Part shown: piece after piece, positions 44,020 through 53,694 of the stretch
Position numbering within the stretch: the first letter of the stretch is position 1
Layout of the letters: every line of letters begins with the position of its first letter
Assembly (NCBI GenBank): GCA_949287225.1
Contig: CASEFP010000110.1
Location: forward strand, 17,237-81,236
Direction: 5' to 3'
Source: an uncultured Lentisphaeria bacterium
GTDB lineage: Bacteria; Verrucomicrobiota; Lentisphaeria; Victivallales; UBA1829
Length of the DNA stretch: 64,000 bases
Made by a program: the position numbers and the translations under genes
The notes under the pieces: model-generated
Told to the model about the DNA's origin: nothing
The model's database searches: none
Seen by the model: the letters and a program-made list of their open reading frames with translations, nothing else

Positions 44020-45026
44020 ATCGCGCCATTTCAAAAATCACGGTTCTCGGCGACGGCGCCTGGGGAACCTCCCTTGCCCTTGTTCTGCTCTGGAACGGAC
44101 ACAACGTGACCTTGTGGGGGCCGTTCCGGGAGAATATCGACGCCATCAACGCGACAGGCGCTAACAAGTTCCTCAAAGGAATCACTCTTCCGAAAGAACT
44201 GCATGCGGAAGCGGATATCGCAAAAGCCGTCGCGGATGCCGATCTGCTGGTTCTCGCCTCGCCGTCGCAGTATATGCGCAAGACGCTGGAGGCGCTCAAG
44301 GCGCATTTCCGGAAGGATCAGCACCGGCTGCTGGACATCGCCAAGGGGATTGAGACCGCTTCCTTGAAACGCATGAGCGAAATCTGTGCGGAAATACTCG
44401 GAGAGAGCCGTTACGCCGCATTGTCCGGCCCGAGCCATGCCGAGGAGGTGTCGCGCAAGGTTCCGACGGCGGTCGTGATCGCCTCGCACGACATGGAGCT
44501 GGCATTGGAACTTCAGAATCTCTTCATGAACGAATTTTTCCGCGTCTACACTTCCGACGACCTGACCGGGGTGGAACTGGGCGGCGCGCTGAAGAATGTC
44601 TACGCGATCGCCTGCGGGATGATCGACGGCATGGGGCTCGGAGACAATCCGAAGGCGGCGCTGATGACCCGTGCGATCGCGGAAATGAGCCGTCTCGGGG
44701 TAACGCTCGGCGGACGGGCGCAGACCTTCTCCGGGCTGAGCGGCGTCGGGGACCTGATCGTGACATGCATGAGCCGCCACAGCCGGAACCGGTATGTCGG
44801 CGAGGAGCTCGGGAAGGGGCGCGGAATCGACGAGATCATCCGTTCGATGGGCATGGTGGTCGCCGAGGGGGTGAAGACGTCCGAATCCATGTATGCGCTG
44901 GCGCGGAAGGCGGGAGTCGAGACCCCGGTAGCGGACGCCACTTACGGGATACTGTATCAGGGCAAGTCTCCGGCGGACGCGGTGCGGGAGCTCATGACGC
45001 GCAGAGCCCGCCACGAGAGCGAGTGA
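44016..45026 (+). CDS. gpsA: NAD(P)H-dependent glycerol-3-phosphate dehydrogenase
   Basis: Start at ATG 44016 (RBS AAGGAGG). KITVLGDGAWGTSLA Rossmann motif, SGPSHAEEV, GALKNV, SRNRYVGEELGKG. Confidence 0.92.
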   Translation: MNRAISKITVLGDGAWGTSLALVLLWNGHNVTLWGPFRENIDAINATGANKFLKGITLPKELHAEADIAKAVADADLLVLASPSQYMRKTLEALKAHFRKDQHRLLDIAKGIETASLKRMSEICAEILGESRYAALSGPSHAEEVSRKVPTAVVIASHDMELALELQNLFMNEFFRVYTSDDLTGVELGGALKNVYAIACGMIDGMGLGDNPKAALMTRAIAEMSRLGVTLGGRAQTFSGLSGVGDLIVTCMSRHSRNRYVGEELGKGRGIDEIIRSMGMVVAEGVKTSESMYALARKAGVETPVADATYGILYQGKSPADAVRELMTRRARHESE

Positions 45027-45096
45027 GCGGCGCATTCCCGGAACCCCGTGCGGCGGAAAAGGCGGAAACTCTCCGGGCACTTCCCCTCCCGTATGT

Positions 45097-45125
45097 TTGC
45101 CTTCCCGGGAAACCGGAGCTATATT
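45097..45125 (+). promoter_or_regulatory. possible promoter of the alpha-galactosidase/nhaC unit
   Basis: TTGCCT (45097-45102), 17-nt spacer, TATATT (45120-45125), 45 nt upstream of the ATG. Weak -35. Confidence 0.35.
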
Positions 45126-45169
45126 ACCAGCTGAAATAATTCAGTCAATCTTTATCACAAGGAACCGTC

Positions 45170-47356
45170 ATGTCCATTCAATATTTTGAAGACCGGAAAC
45201 TTTTCATTCTCTCCTGCCGGAGCGTCTCCTATGCCTTTTACATTGACCGCAACAGAAGGGCGGTCCATCTCCATTTCGGCGGAAAGGTCATCGGGGAAAC
45301 CGGACTCGTCGAACAGGAGATCCGCAAGGGACACTCCTCCTTCTCCCCCTGGGCGCCCGGAGAAAAACCCGAGGACAGCGTCGACGCGCTGCCGCTCGAA
45401 TTTTCCGGATTCAACAGCGGCGACTTCCGGATCCATTCCGCCGCGGTTCTGACGGAAAACGGTTCCTTGATCACCGATGCACTCTATGTCTCCCACCGGA
45501 TCTTCCAGGGGAAAGAACCGCTTCCGGGACTGCCGGCGGCATTTGCTTCCAGAACCGGTAATGTCGAAACGCTCGAAGTGACAATGCGCGACACAGCCTG
45601 CGATGTCGAATTCCTGCTCCGCTATTCCGTGTTTGAAGAGTGCGATGTGATCGTGCGTTCCGCTGCGGTACGCAACCGGACCGCCTCGCCGGTTGTGATC
45701 CGGCGATTGATGAGCGCACAGCTTGATCTCCCGCACACGGCGTTCGACTTCGTCCAGCTGAGCGGTTCCTGGTCGCGGGAACGCCACGCGGTGCGGACAA
45801 TCCTGCATCCGGGCATTCAGACGATCCGCAGCGTGCGCGGCTCCTCGGGGCACCAGAACAGTCCGGCGCTCGCCCTGTGCGCGCATGACGCAACGGAGTA
45901 TTCCGGCGATGTTTACGGCGCGCTTCTCGCCTACAGCGGCAATTTCCGGATGGAAGTCGAATGCGAACAGTACGGGACAAGCCGCCTCTGCCTCGGAATC
46001 AATCCGGAGACCTTCTCCTGGACACTGGCGCCCGGTGAAACCTTCGAGACACCGGAAGCGTTTCTCACCTTTTCCGCGGAAGGATTCTCCGGGATGTCGC
46101 GCAACTTCCACGACTTTCTGCGCAATCACCTGATCCGCGGCGGCTGGGCGGAGAAGAAACGCCCGCTCCTCGTCAACAGCTGGGAGGCCGCCTACTTCGA
46201 TTTCGATTCGGAAAAACTGCTCGGCATCGCGAAAAGCGCGGCGGCGCTCGGCATCGAAATGCTCGTGCTTGACGACGGCTGGTTCGGCGTGCGCAACGAC
46301 GACACGACCTCGCTTGGCGACTGGTTCGTGAACAGGGAAAAAATCGGCGATCTCGGGGAGCTCGTCCGGAAAATCAATGCGCTCGGCTTGAAATTCGGGC
46401 TCTGGTTCGAGCCGGAAATGATCTCGGAGAAAAGCGAACTCTACAGAAAACATCCCGACTGGGTGCTCCATGAACCCGGCCGCAGACGTTCCATCGGACG
46501 CGAGCAGATGGTGCTGGATCTCTCCCGCCCGGAGGTCGTGCAGTATCTGTTCGACACGATCGCAGGGGTGCTGCGCTCTGCCAATATCGAATACGTCAAA
46601 TGGGACATGAACCGCAATCTTACGGAAGTTTATTCCGCGGCGCTGCCGCCGGAACGGCAGGGTGAGGTTGCGCACCGTTACATGCTCGGCGTCTACCGCC
46701 TTCATGAGATGCTGCTCGAAGCGTTTCCGAACCTTCTGATCGAAGGGTGCTCCGGCGGCGGCGGACGGTTCGACGCGGGCATGCTCGGGTATGTGCCGCA
46801 GATCTGGTGCAGCGACGACACCGACGCAATGGAGCGCATCCGGATTCAGCTGGGAACCTCGCTCTTTTATCCGGTCAGCGCAATGGGCGCCCATGTTTCG
46901 GTCTGCCCGAACCATATCACCGGAAGGAGCACGCCGTTTGCGACAAGAGGCAACATCGCGCTCTCCGGAACGTTCGGCTATGAACTGGATCTGACGAAAC
47001 TTTCCCCGGAAGACCGGCTTCTGGTGCGGGAACAGGTAGCTGATTACCACAAATACCACGACCTGATCGCAAACGGCGACCTTCACCGGCTCTCGGACGC
47101 CTTTTCCGTCAATGCCTTCGACGCGTGGATGTATGTCTCGAAAGACCGGAAAGAAGCGCTGATCACGGCGGTCTGCCGCTTTGCGGAGCCGAACGCGGGA
47201 GTCCGTTTCGTTCGTCCGCGCGGACTGGATCCGGAAACGGTCTACGAGGTGGACGGCATGCGGATATCCGGTGCAACACTGATGGCGCTCGGGTTGCGGA
47301 TGGATCTGCCTCCCGGCGACGGAGCAAGCCGTCTCTGTTATCTGAAAGCGCTGTAA
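45170..47356 (+). CDS. alpha-galactosidase, GH36 family
   Basis: 728 aa. N-terminal FILSCRSVSYAFYIDR, LDDGWFG...RNDD, nucleophile region YVKWDMNR, EGCSGGGGRFD, WCSDDTDA: hallmark GH36 (AgaA/MelA-type) strings. Confidence 0.92.
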   Translation: MSIQYFEDRKLFILSCRSVSYAFYIDRNRRAVHLHFGGKVIGETGLVEQEIRKGHSSFSPWAPGEKPEDSVDALPLEFSGFNSGDFRIHSAAVLTENGSLITDALYVSHRIFQGKEPLPGLPAAFASRTGNVETLEVTMRDTACDVEFLLRYSVFEECDVIVRSAAVRNRTASPVVIRRLMSAQLDLPHTAFDFVQLSGSWSRERHAVRTILHPGIQTIRSVRGSSGHQNSPALALCAHDATEYSGDVYGALLAYSGNFRMEVECEQYGTSRLCLGINPETFSWTLAPGETFETPEAFLTFSAEGFSGMSRNFHDFLRNHLIRGGWAEKKRPLLVNSWEAAYFDFDSEKLLGIAKSAAALGIEMLVLDDGWFGVRNDDTTSLGDWFVNREKIGDLGELVRKINALGLKFGLWFEPEMISEKSELYRKHPDWVLHEPGRRRSIGREQMVLDLSRPEVVQYLFDTIAGVLRSANIEYVKWDMNRNLTEVYSAALPPERQGEVAHRYMLGVYRLHEMLLEAFPNLLIEGCSGGGGRFDAGMLGYVPQIWCSDDTDAMERIRIQLGTSLFYPVSAMGAHVSVCPNHITGRSTPFATRGNIALSGTFGYELDLTKLSPEDRLLVREQVADYHKYHDLIANGDLHRLSDAFSVNAFDAWMYVSKDRKEALITAVCRFAEPNAGVRFVRPRGLDPETVYEVDGMRISGATLMALGLRMDLPPGDGASRLCYLKAL

Positions 47357-47371
47357 ACGAAGGGCTTCTTT

Positions 47372-48706
47372 ATGGACATTGAAGATTTTTCCGCCAGCCG
47401 GGGACCCCGTCTGAGGGCGCTGATCCCGTTCGGCGTTTTTCTCGTGTTCTACCTGGGACTTTCGATCGCCTCGGGCGACTTTTACAAGGTGCCGATGACG
47501 GTTGCGTTTCTCGTAGCCTCCGCCTCGGCGCTGGTGCTGAACCGCAAGGCGTCCCTGCGGAGCAAGATCGATCTCTTCGCGCATGGCATGGGCGACATCA
47601 ACATCATGACGATGTGCCTGATCTTCGTGCTCGCCGGCGCATTCGCCGAAACCGCGCGGCAGATGGGAGCCGTGGATTCGACGATTCAGATTGCGCTCTC
47701 GTTCATTCCGTCCAATCTGATGCTGTGCGGACTTTTCGTCGTCTCCTGCTTCCTTTCGCTGGCGATCGGCACCTCGGTCGGGACGATCGTGGCGCTGACG
47801 CCGATCGCGCTCGGCATAACGCAGACGCTCGGAATTTCCGGCGGACTCTGCCTCGGCGCGGTCGTGGGCGGCTCGATGTTCGGCGACAATCTTTCGATGA
47901 TCTCGGACACCACAATCGCCGCGACCCGGACGCAGGGAATCGAAATGCGCGAAAAGTTCACCGCGAATCTTCATGTCGCCGCTCCCGCCGCGGTCATCAC
48001 AGTCCTTCTCTACCTGATTCTGAGCCATACGGGTTCCGGCGTCGAAGCAAAGACACTGACGCTGAAAATGTTTCTGGACGTCATCCCCTATCTGTGTGTC
48101 CTCATTCTGGCGCTGGCCGGACTGAACGTCATGGCGCTCCTGATGCTCGGCACACTGCTTGCCGGCATCATCGGAATCCTGAACGGCTCGTTCACGTTCT
48201 GGGAGTTCCTCGCCGCGGCCGGCGTCGGCGCGCGGAGCATGGCGGATACATTGATCGTGGCGCTTCTCGCGGGCGGACTCCTGAAGGTGATCCGCTACAA
48301 CGGCGGAATCGAATACCTGATGAAAAAGATCGAACACCTGATCTCCGGACGGCGGAGCTGTGAATTCGGGATTGCGCTTCTGGTCGGCGTGGTAAACGTC
48401 TTCACGGCAAATAATACCGTCGCAATCGTGATCGCGGGTCCGATTGCAAAGGATCTTGCCCGGCGTTATGAGGTAGCTCCCGCGCGGTCTGCAAGCATCC
48501 TGGACACAATGTCCTGCATCGTGCAGGGGATGATCCCCTACGGTGCGCAGATTCTCTCCGCCGTCGGGCTTGCCGGAGCCGCCTCCGTCAGCGCGTCGGA
48601 AGTGATGAAATTCCTCTGCTACCCCTATGTGCTGGCGCTCTGCCTGTTCGTTTCCATCCTCTTTTTCCGGAAAAAAGAGGCCGCGCCGGAAACAAAGGCC
48701 TCCTGA
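47372..48706 (+). CDS. nhaC: Na+/H+ antiporter NhaC-family membrane transporter
   Basis: 444 aa, about 11-12 TM segments. General resemblance to the NhaC family (GDNLSMISDTTIAA, NNTVAIVIAGPIAKD). Starts 16 nt after the GH36 gene. Confidence 0.75.
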   Translation: MDIEDFSASRGPRLRALIPFGVFLVFYLGLSIASGDFYKVPMTVAFLVASASALVLNRKASLRSKIDLFAHGMGDINIMTMCLIFVLAGAFAETARQMGAVDSTIQIALSFIPSNLMLCGLFVVSCFLSLAIGTSVGTIVALTPIALGITQTLGISGGLCLGAVVGGSMFGDNLSMISDTTIAATRTQGIEMREKFTANLHVAAPAAVITVLLYLILSHTGSGVEAKTLTLKMFLDVIPYLCVLILALAGLNVMALLMLGTLLAGIIGILNGSFTFWEFLAAAGVGARSMADTLIVALLAGGLLKVIRYNGGIEYLMKKIEHLISGRRSCEFGIALLVGVVNVFTANNTVAIVIAGPIAKDLARRYEVAPARSASILDTMSCIVQGMIPYGAQILSAVGLAGAASVSASEVMKFLCYPYVLALCLFVSILFFRKKEAAPETKAS

Positions 48707-48795
48707 TTCTTTAATCAGACACTTGCTTTTTCCCGTTTCACGGATTATCTTTCCGGAAAAGAGCAACCGCAACCCGGAAAATGGAGGAACTGAAC

Positions 48796-49044
48796 ATGAA
48801 ACACCGGATCGCCATTTTGTTCGTCTGCGCCGGAGCCGCCATGCTGCTCACTGCCTGCGGAGACAACGGAAAACCCGAGGCGGAAAAGAAATCCGTCGTG
48901 ACCGAAACCGTCAAAAGCGCGGACAAGACCGCGGACTATCTCGTCGGAACCAAAGCCGTCGAACAGGGGAAAAAGATTACGGGAAAACTCGACAAGATGC
49001 AGTCGAACCACAACAAACAGCTGGAAAACGCGCTGGAAAACTGA
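48796..49044 (+). CDS. small hypothetical lipoprotein
   Basis: Start at ATG 48796 (RBS GGAGG, 8-nt spacer). MKHRIAILFVCAGAAMLLTACG lipobox, followed by a Lys-rich hydrophilic tail. Confidence 0.6.
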   Translation: MKHRIAILFVCAGAAMLLTACGDNGKPEAEKKSVVTETVKSADKTADYLVGTKAVEQGKKITGKLDKMQSNHNKQLENALEN

Positions 49045-49069
49045 CGAAGAGTCTTTCCTTTTTTCCGTG

Positions 49070-49118
49070 TGCCGCATTCTCCGATCGAAAAAAACGGGAA
49101 TGCGGCATCATGTTTTTA
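49070..49118 (+). terminator. putative shared terminator hairpin between convergent genes
   Basis: TGCCGCATTC (49070-49079) pairs with GAATGCGGCA (49098-49107), a 10-bp stem. A T5 run follows 6 nt downstream on the plus strand. Sits between the 49044 (+) and 49116 (-) stops. Confidence 0.45.
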
Positions 49119-51281
49119 AAATTTCAGATGCCGGATCAGCGGCTCATACGGAGTAAGAACTCCGTCGATCATTCCGTTCTTCGTTTTCAGGGAGAAACGG
49201 TTTTCCCAGCCGGAGAGATTGACGACGATCAGCATCACGCCGTCAGGCGTTTTTCTCGCCGCATACGCGAGATTCGGCGAAGCTTCCAGCACAAAGTCCG
49301 GAAACGCTTTTCCGTTGCGGTAATCGGAGTGGAATTCCTGGACTTCCGCCTGAATGCCGGAAATCAGCGACCAGAGGCGCGAACGCTTTTCCGGCAGATA
49401 GCCGTGTCCCATATGGAAAATGACACCCGAAATGTCATGGAGGACGGCAAGATAGACACCCGCGCGGAGTTCCTCCGCTGTCCGGCAGGAGGCATTCGGA
49501 ATCGTACCCCCTAGCCAGAAAATGACCGGCCTGCCGCCCGCGGCTTTTTTCGCTTCCGCCATGTCGCGCGACAGGTTCGGCATCATATTGGAAGCGAAAC
49601 TCGAGCTCCAGTAGGAGGTCTCGAAGATATCGCAGCTGGAAGCGAACGAATCCAGATGCTCGTGATGATCGATGTGAATCGAAAAGAGCTGATCCGGCGC
49701 TTTTTTCTTAAGATCAGCATATAAGGAAGCATAAAACGCGGGAGGATCTTTTTCCGCAAGTGTTCCGTCCGTCCCCTTCTCATAGACTTTCATCTGCGCC
49801 TCGTAGGCGATCCGGGTGAATGCGCGTTTCCCGGTTTTTTTCCGGGCGAGATAGCTGGCGATGATCCGTTTGTGTTCGCCGTCGGGGGGGAACACATAAC
49901 CGGTAGCCGGCTTCCGCGTAAGACGGTGTCCGGGAAGTCCGATGATTTCGACGGCATTTTCCTGAACGCCGTAGTTTCCATAACGGATGTTGAATGCGTC
50001 GCCGAAATGCAGAAACGATTTCCCGGTCGGACTTGCGCCGAGCAGGAATACGGGTCTGCCGTCAAGAAGAAATGTTCCGTCCGCGATCCGGAGTGCGGCA
50101 TCGGGAGCAATCGGGGCCGGTGCGGGGGCTTTTTCCCGGAGGAAAAACACGCGGCTGGTCCGTATTTTCCCGGAAGAGATTTCCATCACGTAACGCCCCG
50201 GTTCCAGACGCGGTTCGGCAAGGGAAAGAGTTCCCTGTTCCGGGACATTGCGGAGTGTGCGGACCGCCCTGCCGCCTTTCCGGAGAATGATCTGCGCATG
50301 TTCCGGGAAATTATGAGAGTAACGGATGTTCCCGTCTCCATACGTATAGTAGAAACGGTCAAGGTGAAGCCCCGGCCCCGTTACGACGTTTGCCAGCGCC
50401 TTTTTCCGGAACAGGATCCGCCCGTCGGGAACGCTTGTCAGGAGCAGCTCGAAAACATGGCTGCTTTTGAGCGGCTGATAGAGGTCGGATAAACGCTCTT
50501 TCCAGGAAAATTTCCTTTCCGGAAAGTTCAGCTTGTTTGTCTTCTCTTTTCCGTCCAGAAACGTCTGAAGCCGGAACTGGGTGCCGGAGAGCGGTTCCGG
50601 GAGGGAAATTGTGCCGGAGAGGATGCCGTCGCGAAGCAGCATCCGTTCGATGTTGACTGCCCGGGAACGGTTTTTTCCATCCTTTTCCGAACTGAAAATC
50701 AGTCTCCCGAGCTGTCTGGCGTCATGATAATTCGAGGAGCCCGACCAGCTGGCGGTGTAGCGGTCCGGCGCGGAATGATCCGAGGCGAAGTTCGCCCCCC
50801 AGACCGCACCGGGAGCCGGAGTCTTTCCGAATACGGCAAAGGGGATCTCCAGTTCCGCGCTCCAGGAGCTGTCCGTGCTGTGGATTTTCCGGCTGACGGG
50901 CGGCGTCCAGCTGATGTCCCTCTGTTTTGCCGTATAGAGGGCGCCGTTCGGATTGACCGCAAAATGATAATAGATGCCGCTGTCCGGCTCCGGTGCAAGA
51001 AAGAATTCGGCGACGTCTCCGCTGAAAATGGTCAGATCGTCATCTTTTGTTCCGACCGCGTTCGGCCGTTTCCCCGCATCCAGTTCGGTGAACACCGTCA
51101 CATAGAGGTTTTTTGCGTCGAAACGGACCTTCGCATGGATATCATGCCGGGGGATTTCACCCCGCGGCGTGAGAAATCCCGCCGAGATCTGTTCCGCGCC
51201 GGACGGTTCCAGAAAAAGTTCCTGTCCGGAAGCGAAAACGCAGAACAGCAGTCCGGCACCGAACATCAGAGAGTGCTTCAT
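49116..51281 (-). CDS. secreted hypothetical protein with CBM9-like N-terminal domain and uncharacterised C-terminal (GH-like?) region
   Basis: 721 aa. Signal peptide MKHSLMFGAGLLFCVFASG. The N-terminal ~190 aa resemble carbohydrate-binding family 9-like domains (FDAKNLYV...GDVAEFFLAP...YYHFAVNPNG...WSAELEIPF...WGANF). The rest is unassigned. Confidence 0.7.
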   Translation of the reverse strand: MKHSLMFGAGLLFCVFASGQELFLEPSGAEQISAGFLTPRGEIPRHDIHAKVRFDAKNLYVTVFTELDAGKRPNAVGTKDDDLTIFSGDVAEFFLAPEPDSGIYYHFAVNPNGALYTAKQRDISWTPPVSRKIHSTDSSWSAELEIPFAVFGKTPAPGAVWGANFASDHSAPDRYTASWSGSSNYHDARQLGRLIFSSEKDGKNRSRAVNIERMLLRDGILSGTISLPEPLSGTQFRLQTFLDGKEKTNKLNFPERKFSWKERLSDLYQPLKSSHVFELLLTSVPDGRILFRKKALANVVTGPGLHLDRFYYTYGDGNIRYSHNFPEHAQIILRKGGRAVRTLRNVPEQGTLSLAEPRLEPGRYVMEISSGKIRTSRVFFLREKAPAPAPIAPDAALRIADGTFLLDGRPVFLLGASPTGKSFLHFGDAFNIRYGNYGVQENAVEIIGLPGHRLTRKPATGYVFPPDGEHKRIIASYLARKKTGKRAFTRIAYEAQMKVYEKGTDGTLAEKDPPAFYASLYADLKKKAPDQLFSIHIDHHEHLDSFASSCDIFETSYWSSSFASNMMPNLSRDMAEAKKAAGGRPVIFWLGGTIPNASCRTAEELRAGVYLAVLHDISGVIFHMGHGYLPEKRSRLWSLISGIQAEVQEFHSDYRNGKAFPDFVLEASPNLAYAARKTPDGVMLIVVNLSGWENRFSLKTKNGMIDGVLTPYEPLIRHLKF

Positions 51282-51309
51282 CCCGCTTCTCCATGGTTCG
51301 AATTTGTTT

Positions 51310-53490
51310 TTACAGCAGAATCATCTTGCGGTAGGCGGCGACATCCCGCATCATGCTCTCCATCTGGCGGAGCTTCCACTCCAGATGCCATTTGTCGCAG
51401 ACATACTCCATGCTGGGCTCCCAGCCGATGCGCGAATCCGTTTCCACACAGGGAATCGTATCCAGGACATTCTGCACCTCTTCCTTCGCAACTGTTTCGA
51501 TCTGATCAAGCACGGCAAGCATCTCCTCGCGTGTGGAGAGACTCTGGAGACGGATATTAAGCATCCACCAGTTCTTCATATGGATCACGGTGCGCACCGC
51601 GTTGCGGATGAATTTGCCGAGCGCGTAAAGACGTTCACCGTTGACGCGTTTTTTCCGGTCCATCTGCGCGAGCGCCTGTTCGAGGGAGGCCAGTCCCTTT
51701 TCCCAGAGGGAAAGCATCTTTTCCAGATCCCGGAGTTCGACGGGATAACGCAGCGGCCCCGGGGACTGGTTCTCGTTTTCATAGGGCTGGTAGAGCGTCT
51801 TGATGATCTTGTAGCCGAAATGCGCGTGGGGTGCGGTCGGGAACTTGATTTCCTTGTTCGCCATGACGCGCGAGATGTTCGGCTGGAAGATGAACGGATA
51901 GGAGGGGCCTACGCGCCACGGGCCGTACTGGTCCTCGTTGGAGGCGACATAAAAGTCCATGGCGTCGCTCCAGAACTGCCACGCCTCGACGACCTTTTCC
52001 GCGGCATCCGCGCCGTAGTCACGGGTCGCCAGCTGAAGGAGAAATGCGCCGAGCTCATCATGTTCCGGCGTGAAGAAAATCTCCTTGGCAAGATCCAGCG
52101 TCGGATTTTCCCACCAGCCGTAGTGATGGTTCTCATAGAAGCTCTCCACGCCGCACTCCTTTAGGTAGCGTTTGAGATTGAGCATCTTCCGGATCCAGCG
52201 CTGCGGAACGGGAACGTACGGCGCGCAGCCGAAGTCCCAGGTCGTTCCGGCGAGATTGCTTGTCGCGCGAATGCGCAGCCCGAGACTGTGCGCGATCTCC
52301 GCCTCGCTTGAGAAGTAATAGCCGGGCTCGGTCGCCGAGATCGTGTAGTCCATGACGGGGGTTTTGAGTCCGCCGCGCTCGTTCGCCTTGAAGATTTCAA
52401 AGGTGATCTGGAGCGTGATGTCCTTCGGGAAGTTCTCCAGAAATTTCTTTCTTACCTCCAGCGGCGCCCAGCCCCAGTTGTAGGTGCTGAAGATGATCTC
52501 GATGTCCGGATTCACCTTGTGGACGGCACGCTTGATCGCGTTGAGAAACGCCGGGTAATCATAACAGGGATACCAGCCGGGACTCGGGCGTGTGTCCGGA
52601 ATTCCGTCCACAACGCTGTCGGCGTAGCGTTTCCCGGTTGTCGCGGGGTCCTTGCTGGGGAACTCCAGCGACTCGCCGACGAGGCTGATCGCGCGCGCCT
52701 TCGGGTAATGGCGCGCAAGAGTGCCGTAGACGGAGTCGAAAAACGCCTCCGCGTCCGGATCGTCGGGATGCTTGTAACAGCGGATGTAGTTGTAGAGCAC
52801 CACGTCAATTCCGTATTCCGCGGCACGTTCAATGATGTCATTGATGTTGCAGTAGCCGCGCGTCGTTGTGTCGATGTCCTTTACGAAGACATCGATGGCG
52901 TTGAATCCGGCATGGAGAATCGCATTGAGCTGCCAGTCCGGAAAATCGTCAACACCGGAACCGGAGTGAACGCTGCGCATCCGGGCAAGCGGCGTGCGGG
53001 CGTAAGAACACTCCGCCAGATAAGGAGCTTCACGCAGATTCATGCGGTCCTCGATATGGATTGCGCCGTAAAGGATGCCTCGCTCCTCGGAAGCGCAGAC
53101 GAGAATGCTCTCACCATCACAGGCAAAGAAGCAGGAGCCGCGTTTTTCCGGAACATCCGAAGGTGCGCCGGGAAAATCCTCTTTCAGCGTCAGGAGAATG
53201 CGCCGGGGCTTTTGCTCCATGACGGGCAGTGTTTCAATGCGCACCGAGAGTCCCATGCTGACAAAGAGATAATCCTGAAGGTCTTCCGCCGCCTTCCGGA
53301 TCATTTTTGAAGCCGTGTCCTTTACGGCGATCGTCCAGGAAGCGTCCACAACGGCTTCGCCTTTGACGGGTTCCAGTTCACAATTGCGCCGGCCGGGCTT
53401 GTGAATCTCGCGCATTCTGCGGAGAAAATCGTAATTTTTTTCCTCTTTCATGGCATCCCTCGTTTTGTGTGATACGATTGTCTTTTTCAT
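51310..53490 (-). CDS. hypothetical protein, putative glycoside hydrolase-like (GH20b/GH67N-type N-terminal domain + TIM-barrel-like core), no signal peptide
   Basis: 726 aa. N-terminal pattern AAEDLQDYL...GLSV...ILL...ILVCASEERGILYGAIHIED resembles the alpha/beta N-domain seen ahead of several GH catalytic barrels. Function not established. Confidence 0.65.
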   Translation of the reverse strand: MKKTIVSHKTRDAMKEEKNYDFLRRMREIHKPGRRNCELEPVKGEAVVDASWTIAVKDTASKMIRKAAEDLQDYLFVSMGLSVRIETLPVMEQKPRRILLTLKEDFPGAPSDVPEKRGSCFFACDGESILVCASEERGILYGAIHIEDRMNLREAPYLAECSYARTPLARMRSVHSGSGVDDFPDWQLNAILHAGFNAIDVFVKDIDTTTRGYCNINDIIERAAEYGIDVVLYNYIRCYKHPDDPDAEAFFDSVYGTLARHYPKARAISLVGESLEFPSKDPATTGKRYADSVVDGIPDTRPSPGWYPCYDYPAFLNAIKRAVHKVNPDIEIIFSTYNWGWAPLEVRKKFLENFPKDITLQITFEIFKANERGGLKTPVMDYTISATEPGYYFSSEAEIAHSLGLRIRATSNLAGTTWDFGCAPYVPVPQRWIRKMLNLKRYLKECGVESFYENHHYGWWENPTLDLAKEIFFTPEHDELGAFLLQLATRDYGADAAEKVVEAWQFWSDAMDFYVASNEDQYGPWRVGPSYPFIFQPNISRVMANKEIKFPTAPHAHFGYKIIKTLYQPYENENQSPGPLRYPVELRDLEKMLSLWEKGLASLEQALAQMDRKKRVNGERLYALGKFIRNAVRTVIHMKNWWMLNIRLQSLSTREEMLAVLDQIETVAKEEVQNVLDTIPCVETDSRIGWEPSMEYVCDKWHLEWKLRQMESMMRDVAAYRKMILL

Positions 53491-53694
53491 AATATCAATC
53501 CGCTTTTTTTCATATCAAGAGATTGAAAAGGAAAATTTCAAAGAAAGAGAGGAGACAGGAAATTGTTTCATCGGGAAAACTATAGCGCTTTGATTATTGC
53601 AATCAGCAGGAAAAATGAGACAGGGCAGACAAAATCTCCGGATATGGAACATTCTGTTTTGCATCGCGGCACATTTGTTCAGAACAATCCGATT

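Noticed and set aside
45155-48772. 1205-aa ORF on the minus strand spanning the GH36 and nhaC region
   Set aside because: It is antisense to two genes with clear family motifs (KWDMNR/CSGGGGRFD; polytopic NhaC-like). Its translation is Arg/Gly/Asp/His-rich with no recognisable motif, RBS or domain. This is a typical shadow ORF in GC-rich DNA.
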